DNA of 64,000 bases from Candidatus Eiseniibacteriota bacterium (lineage in GTDB: Bacteria; Eisenbacteria; RBG-16-71-46): the NCBI GenBank assembly GCA_005893225.1, contig VBOT01000053.1, forward strand, positions 3,462 to 67,461, written 5' to 3'. The notes beneath the pieces are model-generated. The model was not told the origin of the DNA, did not search any database, and saw only the letters and a program-made list of their open reading frames with translations. The translations under genes were made by a program, and so were the position numbers. This document shows positions 35,649 through 44,251 of the stretch, piece after piece. Position 1 is the stretch's first letter. Each line of letters opens with the position of its first letter.

Positions 35649-38600
35649 CTACTTCACGAGGAGGAAGCGTCCCGACGTTGCCCGGCCCCCGGCCAGGACG
35701 CGATAGAAGTAGACCCCGCTCCCGAGGGGCGCTCCGGACTCGCCCGAGCCGTCCAGGGCCACCTGGTGCTCGCCCGGAAGGATGCTCGGGAGGTCCAGGA
35801 GCGTGCGGACTCTTCGTCCGCGAAGGTCGAAGACCTCGATCCGCACCGGCCCGGCCCGCGACACCGAGAAATGGAGCTCGCCGTCCCGCCGGAGCGGATT
35901 CGGCGCCACCCAGGATGCCGGATGTGGAACCGGCGAGGCTTCTGGGCCACTCGCGGCCGCGGAGCGGCTCTCGGCCGCCGAGGCCGCCAGCTCCAGGTGG
36001 AGGATCGCCGCCCCACTCGCGGCGCCGTCGTACGAGACGGCGGTCCGCTTCCCGGACCCGGTGATCAGCAGCGCCAGGGCATTGCCGCTCCGCCACCCCG
36101 GGCGCCCGACGATCTCCTGGATCACGGGCGAGAGATCGGGCGTACGCTGCTCGGTGCCCGCCTGCCCGGCCGTCCAGGGCAGGATCGCCGGCCACGACAC
36201 CGCGGCCTGGGTGCCCGTCCCGAGCCTCGCCGTCAGGCTCCCGCTCCCGGTCGTGAATGCCGCGGCGTTGTCCGCCGCCTCCCCGCGAATCGAAAGGGTC
36301 GTCGCCTCGGACTGCGACTCGTCCGCCTGGAACTGCACGTAGGCCCCCGTCACGCTCGACCCTGCCGGGATCGAGAGTCCCGCGAACCGCAGTCCCACGA
36401 CCTTCTGCGGCGTGCCGTCGATCATCATCTCGAGATCGCTGCTGGTGAGGCTGACGCTCCCGTCGGAATGCTCCTCGGCGTCGTCGGGCCCGGCGGCGAT
36501 CCGAGTCTCGAGCGAGGCCCCGCCTCCTGACGATGGGATGTCGTGGCCGACGATCGCCACCGTGTCGCGCGACACGAGCTGCCCGTCGCTGGCCCGGAGC
36601 TCCAGCAGGTAGGTTCCCGCCACGCTGAACGACGCGCGCGTATCCACCGCGGCGGCGTTCGCGAACGTGACCGTCCCGGGGCCGCTGGCCTTGCTCCATG
36701 TTGTTACGAGGGAAGGCGGCTGCGGCAGCCCGTCGTCGGACACGGTTCCGTCCAGCGGCGCGTCGTTCGGCAGCGTGATGACCTGGTCCGGTCCCGCGTT
36801 CACGACCGGGGCCTGGTTAGTCACGGACCCCGACGTGTACTCCACGTGGAGCAGCGCAGCCGCGCCGGGGATCCCATCGAACGACACCGCGGTCCGGTGA
36901 CCCGACCCGGTGACGAGCAGGGCCAGGGCGTTGCCGCTCCGCCACCCGGCGCGCCCGACGATCTCGCGGATCACGGGCGAGAGGTCCGGCGTGCGCTGAT
37001 CGCTCCCCACCTGCCCGGCCGTCCAGGGCAGGAGCCCCGGCCAGCTCACCGCCGCCTGGGTGCCCGCCCCGAGCCTCGCCGTCAGGCTTCCGCTCGAGGT
37101 CGTGAACGCCGCGGCGTTGTCCGCCGCCTCGCCTCGGATCGAAAGCGTCGTCGCCTCGGACTGCGACTCGTCCGCCTGGAACTGCACGTAGGCTCGCGTC
37201 ACGCTCGAGCCCGCCGGGATCGAAACGCCCGTGAAGCGCAGGCCGACCACCTTCTGAGGAGTTCCGTCGATCATCATCTCGAGGTCGCCGCTCGTGAGGT
37301 TGACGCTCCCGTCGGAGCGCTCCTCGGCGTCGTCAGGCCCGGCGGCGATCCGGGTATCGATCGTCCCGGAGCCCGGAGGCCTCGTGTCCACGCAAGCGGT
37401 GTTCGACGGGGCGCCCTCGAGCCCGTTCGTCCCCACCGCCGTGGCCTCGTAGCACAGCTGGGCCTGCGGCGGGCTCGAGTCGGTGAAGCCGAGACTGGTG
37501 ACCAGGCTCGAGTTGAGCTTCTGGAACGAGCCGCCGTCCGCCTGCCGGTAGACGTCGTACCCGCTCACCGTGCCGGAGGGCGGGCCCCACGACAGGTCGA
37601 CCCGCGTCGGAGAAGAGCGCAGGGTCGCGATCAGGCTCTGGGGCGGTCCCGGCGCCGATCCGCCGGAGCCCGGCGAGCCGAACCCGTTCCACAGCGCCTT
37701 GCTGCCGTTCTCCGCCACGGCGATGAGGCTCCCCCTGGGAAGGATCTGTTTCATCCCGCTCACGTTGTTCATGTCCTTGGTGGACGAGATGAAGATCGTC
37801 TGGCCGCCGAAGCTGAGCGCCTCGATGTCGGCGACTCGATACTCGATGCGTTCGGGCGAGACTCCCCAGCGCGTGTAGAGGATGTAGACCTTGGAGTCCT
37901 GCTCAGCGACCATGATGATGCCCCGCGTCCCGGTCCCCGGGCCAATGACGTCGGTCTTAGTTGTCCAGGTGCCGTTCGTGGCGCGCCGGTGGACGCGCAT
38001 ATGATCGACGGCATCCTTGGTGATGGCGTAGACGCGACCCTGGGAATCGAAGGCCAGGTTCACGTGATCGTCGGCGTGGCCCGAGCCGTGGTCCACGACC
38101 TCCTCCGCGGCCCAGGTGCCGGGAGGATCGCTGTCGCGGTGCACCCGGAACCCGAACTCGTCGCGCTTCTGGTCGGACCAGAACACCCCGACCTTGTCGC
38201 CTCCGAAAGCCACGATCGAGGAGATGTCGTCGGCGTCGATTCCGGAGCGCAGGACGATGGAGCTCGACCACGAGCGGTGGTCGGCGGTGGTGGTGTAGTA
38301 GACGTTGACGTTGCCCCCGCCTTCGGCCGTCGCCCAGAGCCGGCCCGAGGAATCCTCCTCGAGCACCATGGTCTCCGAGCCGCTCGGGTTGGGGACCGTC
38401 ACGGGGAACCCCGAGGCCAGGACCCAGGAACGGGTGCCCGCCGCGTAGGTGTACTGGTAGAGCCGCACCGTGCCCCCGTAGACGAGCACGAAGAGATGCG
38501 TACCGTCCCACTTGACGTCCGCGTTCCCCGAGCTCTGGAGCACCGCATTCGCGAACTGCCCGCGTTGCCAGGCGCCTCCGACCAGCTGGTAGAAGGCCAC

Positions 38601-38849
38601 GCCGTCGGGACCCTGGAGCACGGCCCAGTAGAAACCGTCGTTGTAGAAGAGCTTGGACTGCGGCTTCTCCCCGGTGCTGGCCGCCACGGTGGAGAACATC
38701 TCGAATCCGACGTTCGCCGCCCCGGCGGGCGCGGGGCAGGCGAGGAGCGCCGCCGCCAGTCCGGCCATCACCCCGGCGGCCGCCACCGGCGATCCGGTGT
38801 CACGCATGGATGTATATCCCAGGTGTGGAGCAGGTGGCTGACGGAGCAC
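35649..38849 (-). CDS. large secreted beta-propeller/FN3 protein with two near-identical ~190-aa internal repeats and Por/T9SS-type C-terminal domain
   Basis: Signal peptide. FN3-like PPQSLIATLRSSPTRVDLSWGPPSGTVSGYDVYRQ. Duplicated TRIAAGPDDAEE...RTAVS.DG modules. C-terminal GVYFYRVLAGGRATSGRFLLVK. Confidence 0.8.
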   Translation of the reverse strand: MLRQPPAPHLGYTSMRDTGSPVAAAGVMAGLAAALLACPAPAGAANVGFEMFSTVAASTGEKPQSKLFYNDGFYWAVLQGPDGVAFYQLVGGAWQRGQFANAVLQSSGNADVKWDGTHLFVLVYGGTVRLYQYTYAAGTRSWVLASGFPVTVPNPSGSETMVLEEDSSGRLWATAEGGGNVNVYYTTTADHRSWSSSIVLRSGIDADDISSIVAFGGDKVGVFWSDQKRDEFGFRVHRDSDPPGTWAAEEVVDHGSGHADDHVNLAFDSQGRVYAITKDAVDHMRVHRRATNGTWTTKTDVIGPGTGTRGIIMVAEQDSKVYILYTRWGVSPERIEYRVADIEALSFGGQTIFISSTKDMNNVSGMKQILPRGSLIAVAENGSKALWNGFGSPGSGGSAPGPPQSLIATLRSSPTRVDLSWGPPSGTVSGYDVYRQADGGSFQKLNSSLVTSLGFTDSSPPQAQLCYEATAVGTNGLEGAPSNTACVDTRPPGSGTIDTRIAAGPDDAEERSDGSVNLTSGDLEMMIDGTPQKVVGLRFTGVSIPAGSSVTRAYVQFQADESQSEATTLSIRGEAADNAAAFTTSSGSLTARLGAGTQAAVSWPGLLPWTAGQVGSDQRTPDLSPVIREIVGRAGWRSGNALALLVTGSGHRTAVSFDGIPGAAALLHVEYTSGSVTNQAPVVNAGPDQVITLPNDAPLDGTVSDDGLPQPPSLVTTWSKASGPGTVTFANAAAVDTRASFSVAGTYLLELRASDGQLVSRDTVAIVGHDIPSSGGGASLETRIAAGPDDAEEHSDGSVSLTSSDLEMMIDGTPQKVVGLRFAGLSIPAGSSVTGAYVQFQADESQSEATTLSIRGEAADNAAAFTTGSGSLTARLGTGTQAAVSWPAILPWTAGQAGTEQRTPDLSPVIQEIVGRPGWRSGNALALLITGSGKRTAVSYDGAASGAAILHLELAASAAESRSAAASGPEASPVPHPASWVAPNPLRRDGELHFSVSRAGPVRIEVFDLRGRRVRTLLDLPSILPGEHQVALDGSGESGAPLGSGVYFYRVLAGGRATSGRFLLVK
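35940..37352. repeat. two ~840-nt tandem DNA repeats (~90% identical) inside the giant secreted-protein gene
   Basis: For example 36192-36375 vs 37035-37215 are nearly identical on the plus strand. Confidence 0.75.
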
Positions 38850-38999
38850 CGCGCTCCCGTTGGTCGATTTGCGCGCCGCTCCGCCCTGCGACCTCGCTGC
38901 TTCCAGACACTCCGACGGATCCGTACACGCGAACCCGAGCAGCCGATTCGCGCTCCGGATGGCTCGCGGCCGCCGGACCGTCGCTCTCCAGTCAGCGCG

Positions 39000-39110
39000 C
39001 GTCTCCGCTATTCTAGCATCTTTTCGATTCGCTTCGAAGGTTCATATCTACTGTTACATGCTGGTATCAATCATTATATCAATGATATTACGGAGCCGGG
39101 GTCGCGCTCC
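39000..39110 (-). promoter_or_regulatory. AT-rich island with direct TATCAAT repeats and an ATCATT/AATGAT inverted repeat; a perfect TATAAT on the minus strand; candidate promoter/operator upstream of the giant gene
   Basis: GC drops sharply. tatcaatcattatatcaatgatatta sits at 39065-39090. Confidence 0.35.
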
Positions 39111-39195
39111 CGGGCGCGCCGGGGACGGTCCCGCACGGCAGCCGGGCCTCGGTCCTCGCCGGGGCAGGCTGCCCGGCGTGTCCCGGAGGGGTTTC

Positions 39196-39924
39196 TCAAT
39201 GATCGTAGTTCAGAGGCGACGTGTCGATCGTGACCTTGTTGCGTGGATCCGGAACGTGGATCCGCACCTCCAGCACGTTGGGGTATCGGTTCGCCCCCTC
39301 GGCGAAGGTTCCCGCCGCATTGATCTCGTTGTGCACGATGTAGTCGCCCTCGGGCACCCCGGTGATGTCGATCCACTGCCCGCTCAGCTGCTTGAAGTAC
39401 CAGTCCCCCCATCCCGAGCTGATGCCCTGGCTGCGGCAGGTGTAGCCGTGGCTGTCGTTGTTGGAGTACTTGAGCAGGTCCTCGAGGCAGAAGGCCTGCT
39501 TGTGTCCTTGCGCGGCGATGCTCCGGTCGAGCTTGAGGAGTTGGTAGTTCGAGAAGCCGCGGATGTGGTAGTGCCGGTGGCACGGCGAGAACTCGAACCA
39601 CCGGGCGTAGGGGTTGCTGGGGTCGGTCGGATCGCCGACCACCAGGTCGCCGTCGCCCATGTTCATGACCACGGTGTCGAAGCGCAGCAGGCGCCGGTAG
39701 CCGGCGCCGCCCACCGAGCCCTCGACGAGCTCGCAGTCCCCCTGCTGGAACAGCCGGTCCACGATCTCCATCTGCGACTCGAATCGCTTGGGGTCGATCG
39801 TGAGGTCGGGTCGCCCGTGGTTGTTGTAGGCGGGGAAGTCACCGGAAACCGCGGTTCGCTGCGCCAGAGCCAGAGCCGGGAGCAGCGCGGCGATCGTGAC
39901 GGCAAGCACCAGTGTGCGTTTCAT
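39196..39924 (-). CDS. lysyl oxidase (LOX) family copper amine oxidase homologue, secreted
   Basis: Signal peptide. Aligns to the human LOX catalytic domain: WFEFSPCHRHYHIRGF (Cu site WEWHSCHQHYH); GHKQAFCLED (LTQ Lys, GHKASFCLED); GDWY...GQWIDITGVPEGDYIV (LTQ Tyr and CQWIDITDVKPGNYIL). Confidence 0.8.
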   Translation of the reverse strand: MKRTLVLAVTIAALLPALALAQRTAVSGDFPAYNNHGRPDLTIDPKRFESQMEIVDRLFQQGDCELVEGSVGGAGYRRLLRFDTVVMNMGDGDLVVGDPTDPSNPYARWFEFSPCHRHYHIRGFSNYQLLKLDRSIAAQGHKQAFCLEDLLKYSNNDSHGYTCRSQGISSGWGDWYFKQLSGQWIDITGVPEGDYIVHNEINAAGTFAEGANRYPNVLEVRIHVPDPRNKVTIDTSPLNYDH

Positions 39925-40274
39925 GGCTAACCCCCTGGGGTGGTGAGACGGGAAGCTGGACCGCGCCGTGGGCAGACTGTGCCCTCGACCCGCTCGCCGA
40001 CGGGGCTCCGGCCGGGCAGCGCGCTTCGAGCACCCGCCAAGCTTACACGAGACGCCGGGTTCACGAACGGCCCCGGCTGGGCTATGCTTGGGGGAGTCAA
40101 GATTCCCGTCGGCCAGCCGATGGGTTGTTCATAGCCGGCCTGTCCCGCGTGCCCCTCGGCTCCGGGCGCCTCGCTCTCCGCAGGTGGGCGCGGTCCAGCC
40201 GGATCGACACATCCGATTCGCTCGGCTCCCCAGCCGGCTGAAGGGGCGGGCTTCCGCCCCATAGAGGTCGTGAC

Positions 40275-41186
40275 ATGTCCGACGTGGTGCAGGTCTCTCT
40301 GCGCGGTTCCCGCAAGGAATTCTTCCTCAATTCACGCAACCTGTGGCTCACCCTCCACGATCCCGTCATCGTCCAGTCCGAGCACGGCGAGGCGATCGGC
40401 AAGGTGGCGCTCAAGGGTTACCTGGTGGAGCTCAAGCGTCCGGGGAACGTGACGCGCGAGATCATCCGCAAGGCGACCGAGGAGGACCTGGACCAGGAGG
40501 ACCACAACAGCGCCAGGGAAAAGGAAGCGTTCGAGCATTGCCTCGAGCGGATCGAGCTGCGTGAGCTCAAGATGGACCTGCGGGAGGTGGAGGTGGCCTT
40601 CAGCGGTCACCGGATCACCTTCTACTTCACCGCCGAGCACCGGGTCGACTTCCGCGAGCTGGTCAAGGACCTGGCGGCCCAGTTCCAGACCCGGATCGAG
40701 CTGCGCCAGATCGGCCAGCGCGACCAGGCCAAGCGGCTGGACGGCTGCGGCCCGTGCGGCCGGGCCTTCTGCTGCTCCACCTGGCTCAAGAGCTTCCATC
40801 CCGTCACCCTCAAGATGGCCCGCGAGCAGCAGCTCTCCCTGAACCCGACCAAGATCTCAGGGGCGTGCGGTCGTCTGATGTGCTGCCTGGCCTACGAGCT
40901 GGCCCAGTACCGGGACAGCGCCGAGAAGCTCCCGCCGATGGGCACCGAGCTGCGCACCGGCAAGGGCGTCTGCACGGTGACGCGCACCGAGCTCCACCAG
41001 GAGGCGGTGTGGGTGCGCGACGACGAGGGCGCCGAGCATCGCATCGCCTACGCCGACCTGCCGCCCGGTCCTTACCACAAGTGCGGCGACTGCACCTGCG
41101 GCAAGCGGCCCCGGGCAGCCGATGACGAGCCCCCGACCGACGGCGAGACGCCTCCGGAAGACTGGGCGGATCCGCCCGGACACTAG
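40275..41186 (+). CDS. ricT: PSP1 C-terminal domain protein RicT/YaaT
   Basis: GCGPCGRAFCCSTWL and GACGRLMCCLAYE cysteine motifs of the PSP1/YaaT family. Confidence 0.85.
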   Translation: MSDVVQVSLRGSRKEFFLNSRNLWLTLHDPVIVQSEHGEAIGKVALKGYLVELKRPGNVTREIIRKATEEDLDQEDHNSAREKEAFEHCLERIELRELKMDLREVEVAFSGHRITFYFTAEHRVDFRELVKDLAAQFQTRIELRQIGQRDQAKRLDGCGPCGRAFCCSTWLKSFHPVTLKMAREQQLSLNPTKISGACGRLMCCLAYELAQYRDSAEKLPPMGTELRTGKGVCTVTRTELHQEAVWVRDDEGAEHRIAYADLPPGPYHKCGDCTCGKRPRAADDEPPTDGETPPEDWADPPGH

Positions 41187-41339
41187 GGCTTCAGAAGAAG
41201 CGGGTTACGCGCCAGAAACAACCCGGCCTGAAGTCGATCTTGAAGTCCGAGCTTCTCGAGAATGTGCCTGACGTGCTTCTTGACCGTCGGTTCTCGGACC
41301 CCCAGCAAGGATGCGATCTCCTTGTTCGAACGGTCACGG
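41183..41339 (-). pseudogene. orphan LuxR/GerE-type HTH fragment (~50 codons); remnant of a response-regulator/LuxR gene
   Basis: Minus-strand frame encodes ...SLVPGRDRSNKEIASLLGVREPTVKKHVRHILEKLGLQDRLQAGLFLARNPLLLKP*. No receiver domain or long ORF upstream. Its stop shares CTAG with the ricT stop. Confidence 0.45.
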
Positions 41340-41556
41340 CCGGGGACCAAAGAATTAGCGCTCGGGCGCTGCGCGTGAGATAGGCGGCCGTGGCGGCGGT
41401 CGCCAGCCGTGCTGTGTGCCGTCCGCCACCCGTTTCGACCTCCAGGCGCTGGTGCAGCCGCGCTTCGAGGCGACCGGTTCCTCTCGCCCCGCGAGCGAGG
41501 CGATTCCGAGCCGACAGTTCCTGGCCCGCCTCGACCATCGCGGCTAGAGTGTTCTC

Positions 41557-43893
41557 ATGGATCTCGCGGGGCGCTTGCTCGCCCAGTACCGTCTGGTCGA
41601 GAAGCTCGGCGAGGGAGGGATGGGCGCCGTCTTCCGCGCCGAGGACACCCGTCTGGGCCGGCAGGTGGCGCTGAAGCTCCTCTCCGCGCCCTCGCTGGCC
41701 GACCCGCGGGCGCGCGAGCGGCTGCTCGCCGAGGCCCGAGCGGTGGCGGCGCTCGAGCACCCGCACATCTGCCTGCTCTACGAATTCGGCGAGGCCGCCG
41801 GCCAGCCGTTCCTGGCCATGCAGCTCGTCGAGGGCGAGACGCTCCGGCAAGCGCTCCGCCAGGGACCCCTGAGCGAGGCGCGGACCCGCGCGATCGTCGC
41901 CGCCGTGGCCTCGGCGCTCGGGGCGGCTCACGGCCGCGGCCTCCTCCACCGCGACGTGAAGAGCGAGAACGTGCTGCTCGGCCGCGACGGCGGCATCAAG
42001 CTCTCGGACTTCGGGATCGCGCGGCACGCCGGCGGACAGAATCTGACCGCGGCCCACACCCTGGTGGGAAGCCCCGCCTACGCCGCGCCCGAGATCGTCG
42101 CCGGCGCCGAGCCGAGCGCCGCCTCCGACCAGTTCTCGCTCGCCGTCGTGGCCTACGAGTGCCTCACCGGGGCCCTGCCGTTCGCGGGCGAATCGCTGGC
42201 GGCGGTGCTCTACGCGATCACGAACCTGGAGCCCGAGTCCCCTTCGCGCCGGCGTCCGGGGCTGGATCGGGCGTGGGACGAGGCGCTGCGGCAGGCACTC
42301 GCCAAGGATCCGCAGCGCCGCTTCCCTTCCGTGAGCGAGTTCGCGAAGGCCCTGCCCGCCGAGCCGGCACCTCCCGCGAGCGCGAAGAAGCCGAAGACCG
42401 AACCGCCCTCCCTCGCGGTGCTCTACTTCGAGAACCTCTCGAACGACCCCGACAGCGAGTACTTCTGCGCCGGGATCACCGAGGACATCCTCACCGACCT
42501 CTCCAAGATCTCGGGGCTCCGCGTCGCCTCCCGCAACGCCGTCGCGCGCTTCAAGGGACAGGCGGTGGACATCCCGCGCGCCGCGGTCGAACTCGGAGTC
42601 GGGACGGTGCTCGAAGGGAGCGTGCGGCGCGCCGGCAACCGGGTGCGGATCTCGGCGCAGCTCATCAACGCGAGGGACGGGTTCCACGTCTGGGCCGAGC
42701 GCTACGATCGCACGCTCGACGACGTGTTCGCCGTGCAGGAGGACATCGCGCGCGCGATCGCCGCCGCCCTGCGCGGAGCGCTGACGCCGCAGGAGGCGGC
42801 CGAGCTCCACCGCGACCGGCCCGCGGCGGCGACCGCCTACGACCTCTACCTCAAGGGCCGGGGTCACTACCGGCAGTACACGCACGAGGAGAACCTGCGG
42901 GCGCTGGAGTGCTTCGACCAGGCGGTGGCGCTGGACCCGACCTACGCGCTCGCCTGGGCGGGGATCGCGGATGCCTGCGGTCAGATGCACGACAAGGCCT
43001 ACGACATGGACCCCCAGTGGATCGAGCGGGGGGCCGCGGCTGCCCGGCGCGCCATCGAGCTCGGGCCACGAATCCCGGAAGGCCACAAGGCGCACGCGCT
43101 CATCGAGGTGGTGCGGGGGAATCGCGAGGAAGCCATGCGCGCACTGCGCCAGGCGCTCGCCGTGGACCCGCGCTTCACGCCCGCGCTCAGCAATCTGGGG
43201 CTCTCTCTCGAGCTCGAGGGAGACCTCGCCGGAGCCGAGCGTTGCATCCGCCGGGCCATCGAGCTGGACCCGGCAGACGCGTACCTGGGATTCATGCTGG
43301 CAGTGACCCTGAGCGAGTCCCGTCGATTCGAGGAATGCATCCAAGAGACCCACCGGTTCCAGAGTCTCGGGACCGGGTCTTTCCATCAAACCGCGGCTCA
43401 CTGGGAGCGCGTGCACGCCCTGGCCTGCCTGGGCGACCTCGATGCTGCCCGACGCGAGCTCGAGGAGGCGAGGAAGGCGGGGCTCGGCGCCTTGGATTGC
43501 GAAGCGATCGAGACGTTCCTGGTCGCTGTCGCGGGCGAGGCAGGGCGTACCCGAGACGGGGTCAGACGCCTGAGCGGGAGGATCGGCGGCTTCATCGGGC
43601 CGTGGTTCCTGGTCGCCGCCGCCGCTGCGGTCGGCGATGCCGCCGGCGCCGTTCGCCTGCTCGCCGGAGCGGAGGAGGCCGGCATCGAGTGGGCGAGGAT
43701 ACACGCCGTCCTGCGCGTTCGCCCGTGGGTCGAGAGGATCCACGACAGCGCCGAGTTCCGCGCCTGGATCGGCGAGCGGGGGCAAAGGATCGTCTGGCCG
43801 CTCGAGGCCCCGCCCCTCACCGCAGAGCAGCGCGCGCGATTCACCGACTACAGCGAGGCCAGCGGGCTGCCTCAAGGGGACGGGATTCCGTGA
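41557..43893 (+). CDS. Ser/Thr protein kinase fused to a conserved PSLAVLYFENLS...EYFCAGITEDI module and TPR repeats
   Basis: Kinase motifs GEGGMGAVF, VALK, HRDVKSENVLL, DFG, SPAYAAPE. TPR-like C-terminal half. Confidence 0.85.
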   Translation: MDLAGRLLAQYRLVEKLGEGGMGAVFRAEDTRLGRQVALKLLSAPSLADPRARERLLAEARAVAALEHPHICLLYEFGEAAGQPFLAMQLVEGETLRQALRQGPLSEARTRAIVAAVASALGAAHGRGLLHRDVKSENVLLGRDGGIKLSDFGIARHAGGQNLTAAHTLVGSPAYAAPEIVAGAEPSAASDQFSLAVVAYECLTGALPFAGESLAAVLYAITNLEPESPSRRRPGLDRAWDEALRQALAKDPQRRFPSVSEFAKALPAEPAPPASAKKPKTEPPSLAVLYFENLSNDPDSEYFCAGITEDILTDLSKISGLRVASRNAVARFKGQAVDIPRAAVELGVGTVLEGSVRRAGNRVRISAQLINARDGFHVWAERYDRTLDDVFAVQEDIARAIAAALRGALTPQEAAELHRDRPAAATAYDLYLKGRGHYRQYTHEENLRALECFDQAVALDPTYALAWAGIADACGQMHDKAYDMDPQWIERGAAAARRAIELGPRIPEGHKAHALIEVVRGNREEAMRALRQALAVDPRFTPALSNLGLSLELEGDLAGAERCIRRAIELDPADAYLGFMLAVTLSESRRFEECIQETHRFQSLGTGSFHQTAAHWERVHALACLGDLDAARRELEEARKAGLGALDCEAIETFLVAVAGEAGRTRDGVRRLSGRIGGFIGPWFLVAAAAAVGDAAGAVRLLAGAEEAGIEWARIHAVLRVRPWVERIHDSAEFRAWIGERGQRIVWPLEAPPLTAEQRARFTDYSEASGLPQGDGIP

Positions 43894-43950
43894 TGCCGGG
43901 GCCGGCCTCGAGAAACCGGTGAGGCGCCGTCCCTGACCGCGCCGAGGCGC

Positions 43951-44163
43951 GTCTCGTCCGGCTCGCCCTACGAGCCTCGCATCGGCTTCAGCCGCGCGGT
44001 TCGCGTCGGAAGCCGTGTGCTGGTGAGCGGCACCGCCCCGGTGTGGCCCAACGGCTCGTGCGACCCCGACCCCGAAGTCCAGGCGCAACGCTGCCTGGAG
44101 ATCATCCTCGGGGCCCTGCGCGAGGCCGGCGCCGGCCCCGAGCACGTGGCGGTGGTGGAGTAG
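43951..44163 (+). pseudogene. RidA/YjgF-family gene fragment (no start codon, truncated 3' end), in frame directly after the kinase stop
   Basis: SPYEPRIGFSRAVRVGSRVLVSGTAPVWPNGSCDPDPEVQAQRCLEIILGALREAGAGPEHVAVVE* matches the RidA core (AV.VG..lfvSG). It ends prematurely and has no ATG/GTG/TTG upstream in frame. Confidence 0.4.
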
Positions 44164-44251
44164 GCCCGCCAGCGAATCAGGACGGAGTTACCCGTGTCCG
44201 AGGACGCCGGTCGGTCACTGCCGGTTCGAATCGGGTGCCGCCCCAACTCCC

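Noticed and set aside
35362-36699. 445-aa ORF on the minus strand
   Set aside because: Only the terminal 73 codons (Zn-ribbon protein from ATG 35583) look real. The upstream extension overlaps the 3' end of the giant secreted gene in another frame and is R/G-rich.
38860-39930. 356-aa ORF on the plus strand
   Set aside because: Antisense to the lysyl-oxidase gene and spanning the AT-rich intergenic island. No protein-like features.
41191-44145. 984-aa ORF on the minus strand
   Set aside because: Antisense to the well-supported Ser/Thr kinase gene. The product is Arg/Gly/Pro-rich low complexity, typical of spurious ORFs in high-GC DNA. Only its last ~50 codons in a different frame carry the LuxR HTH, which is reported separately.
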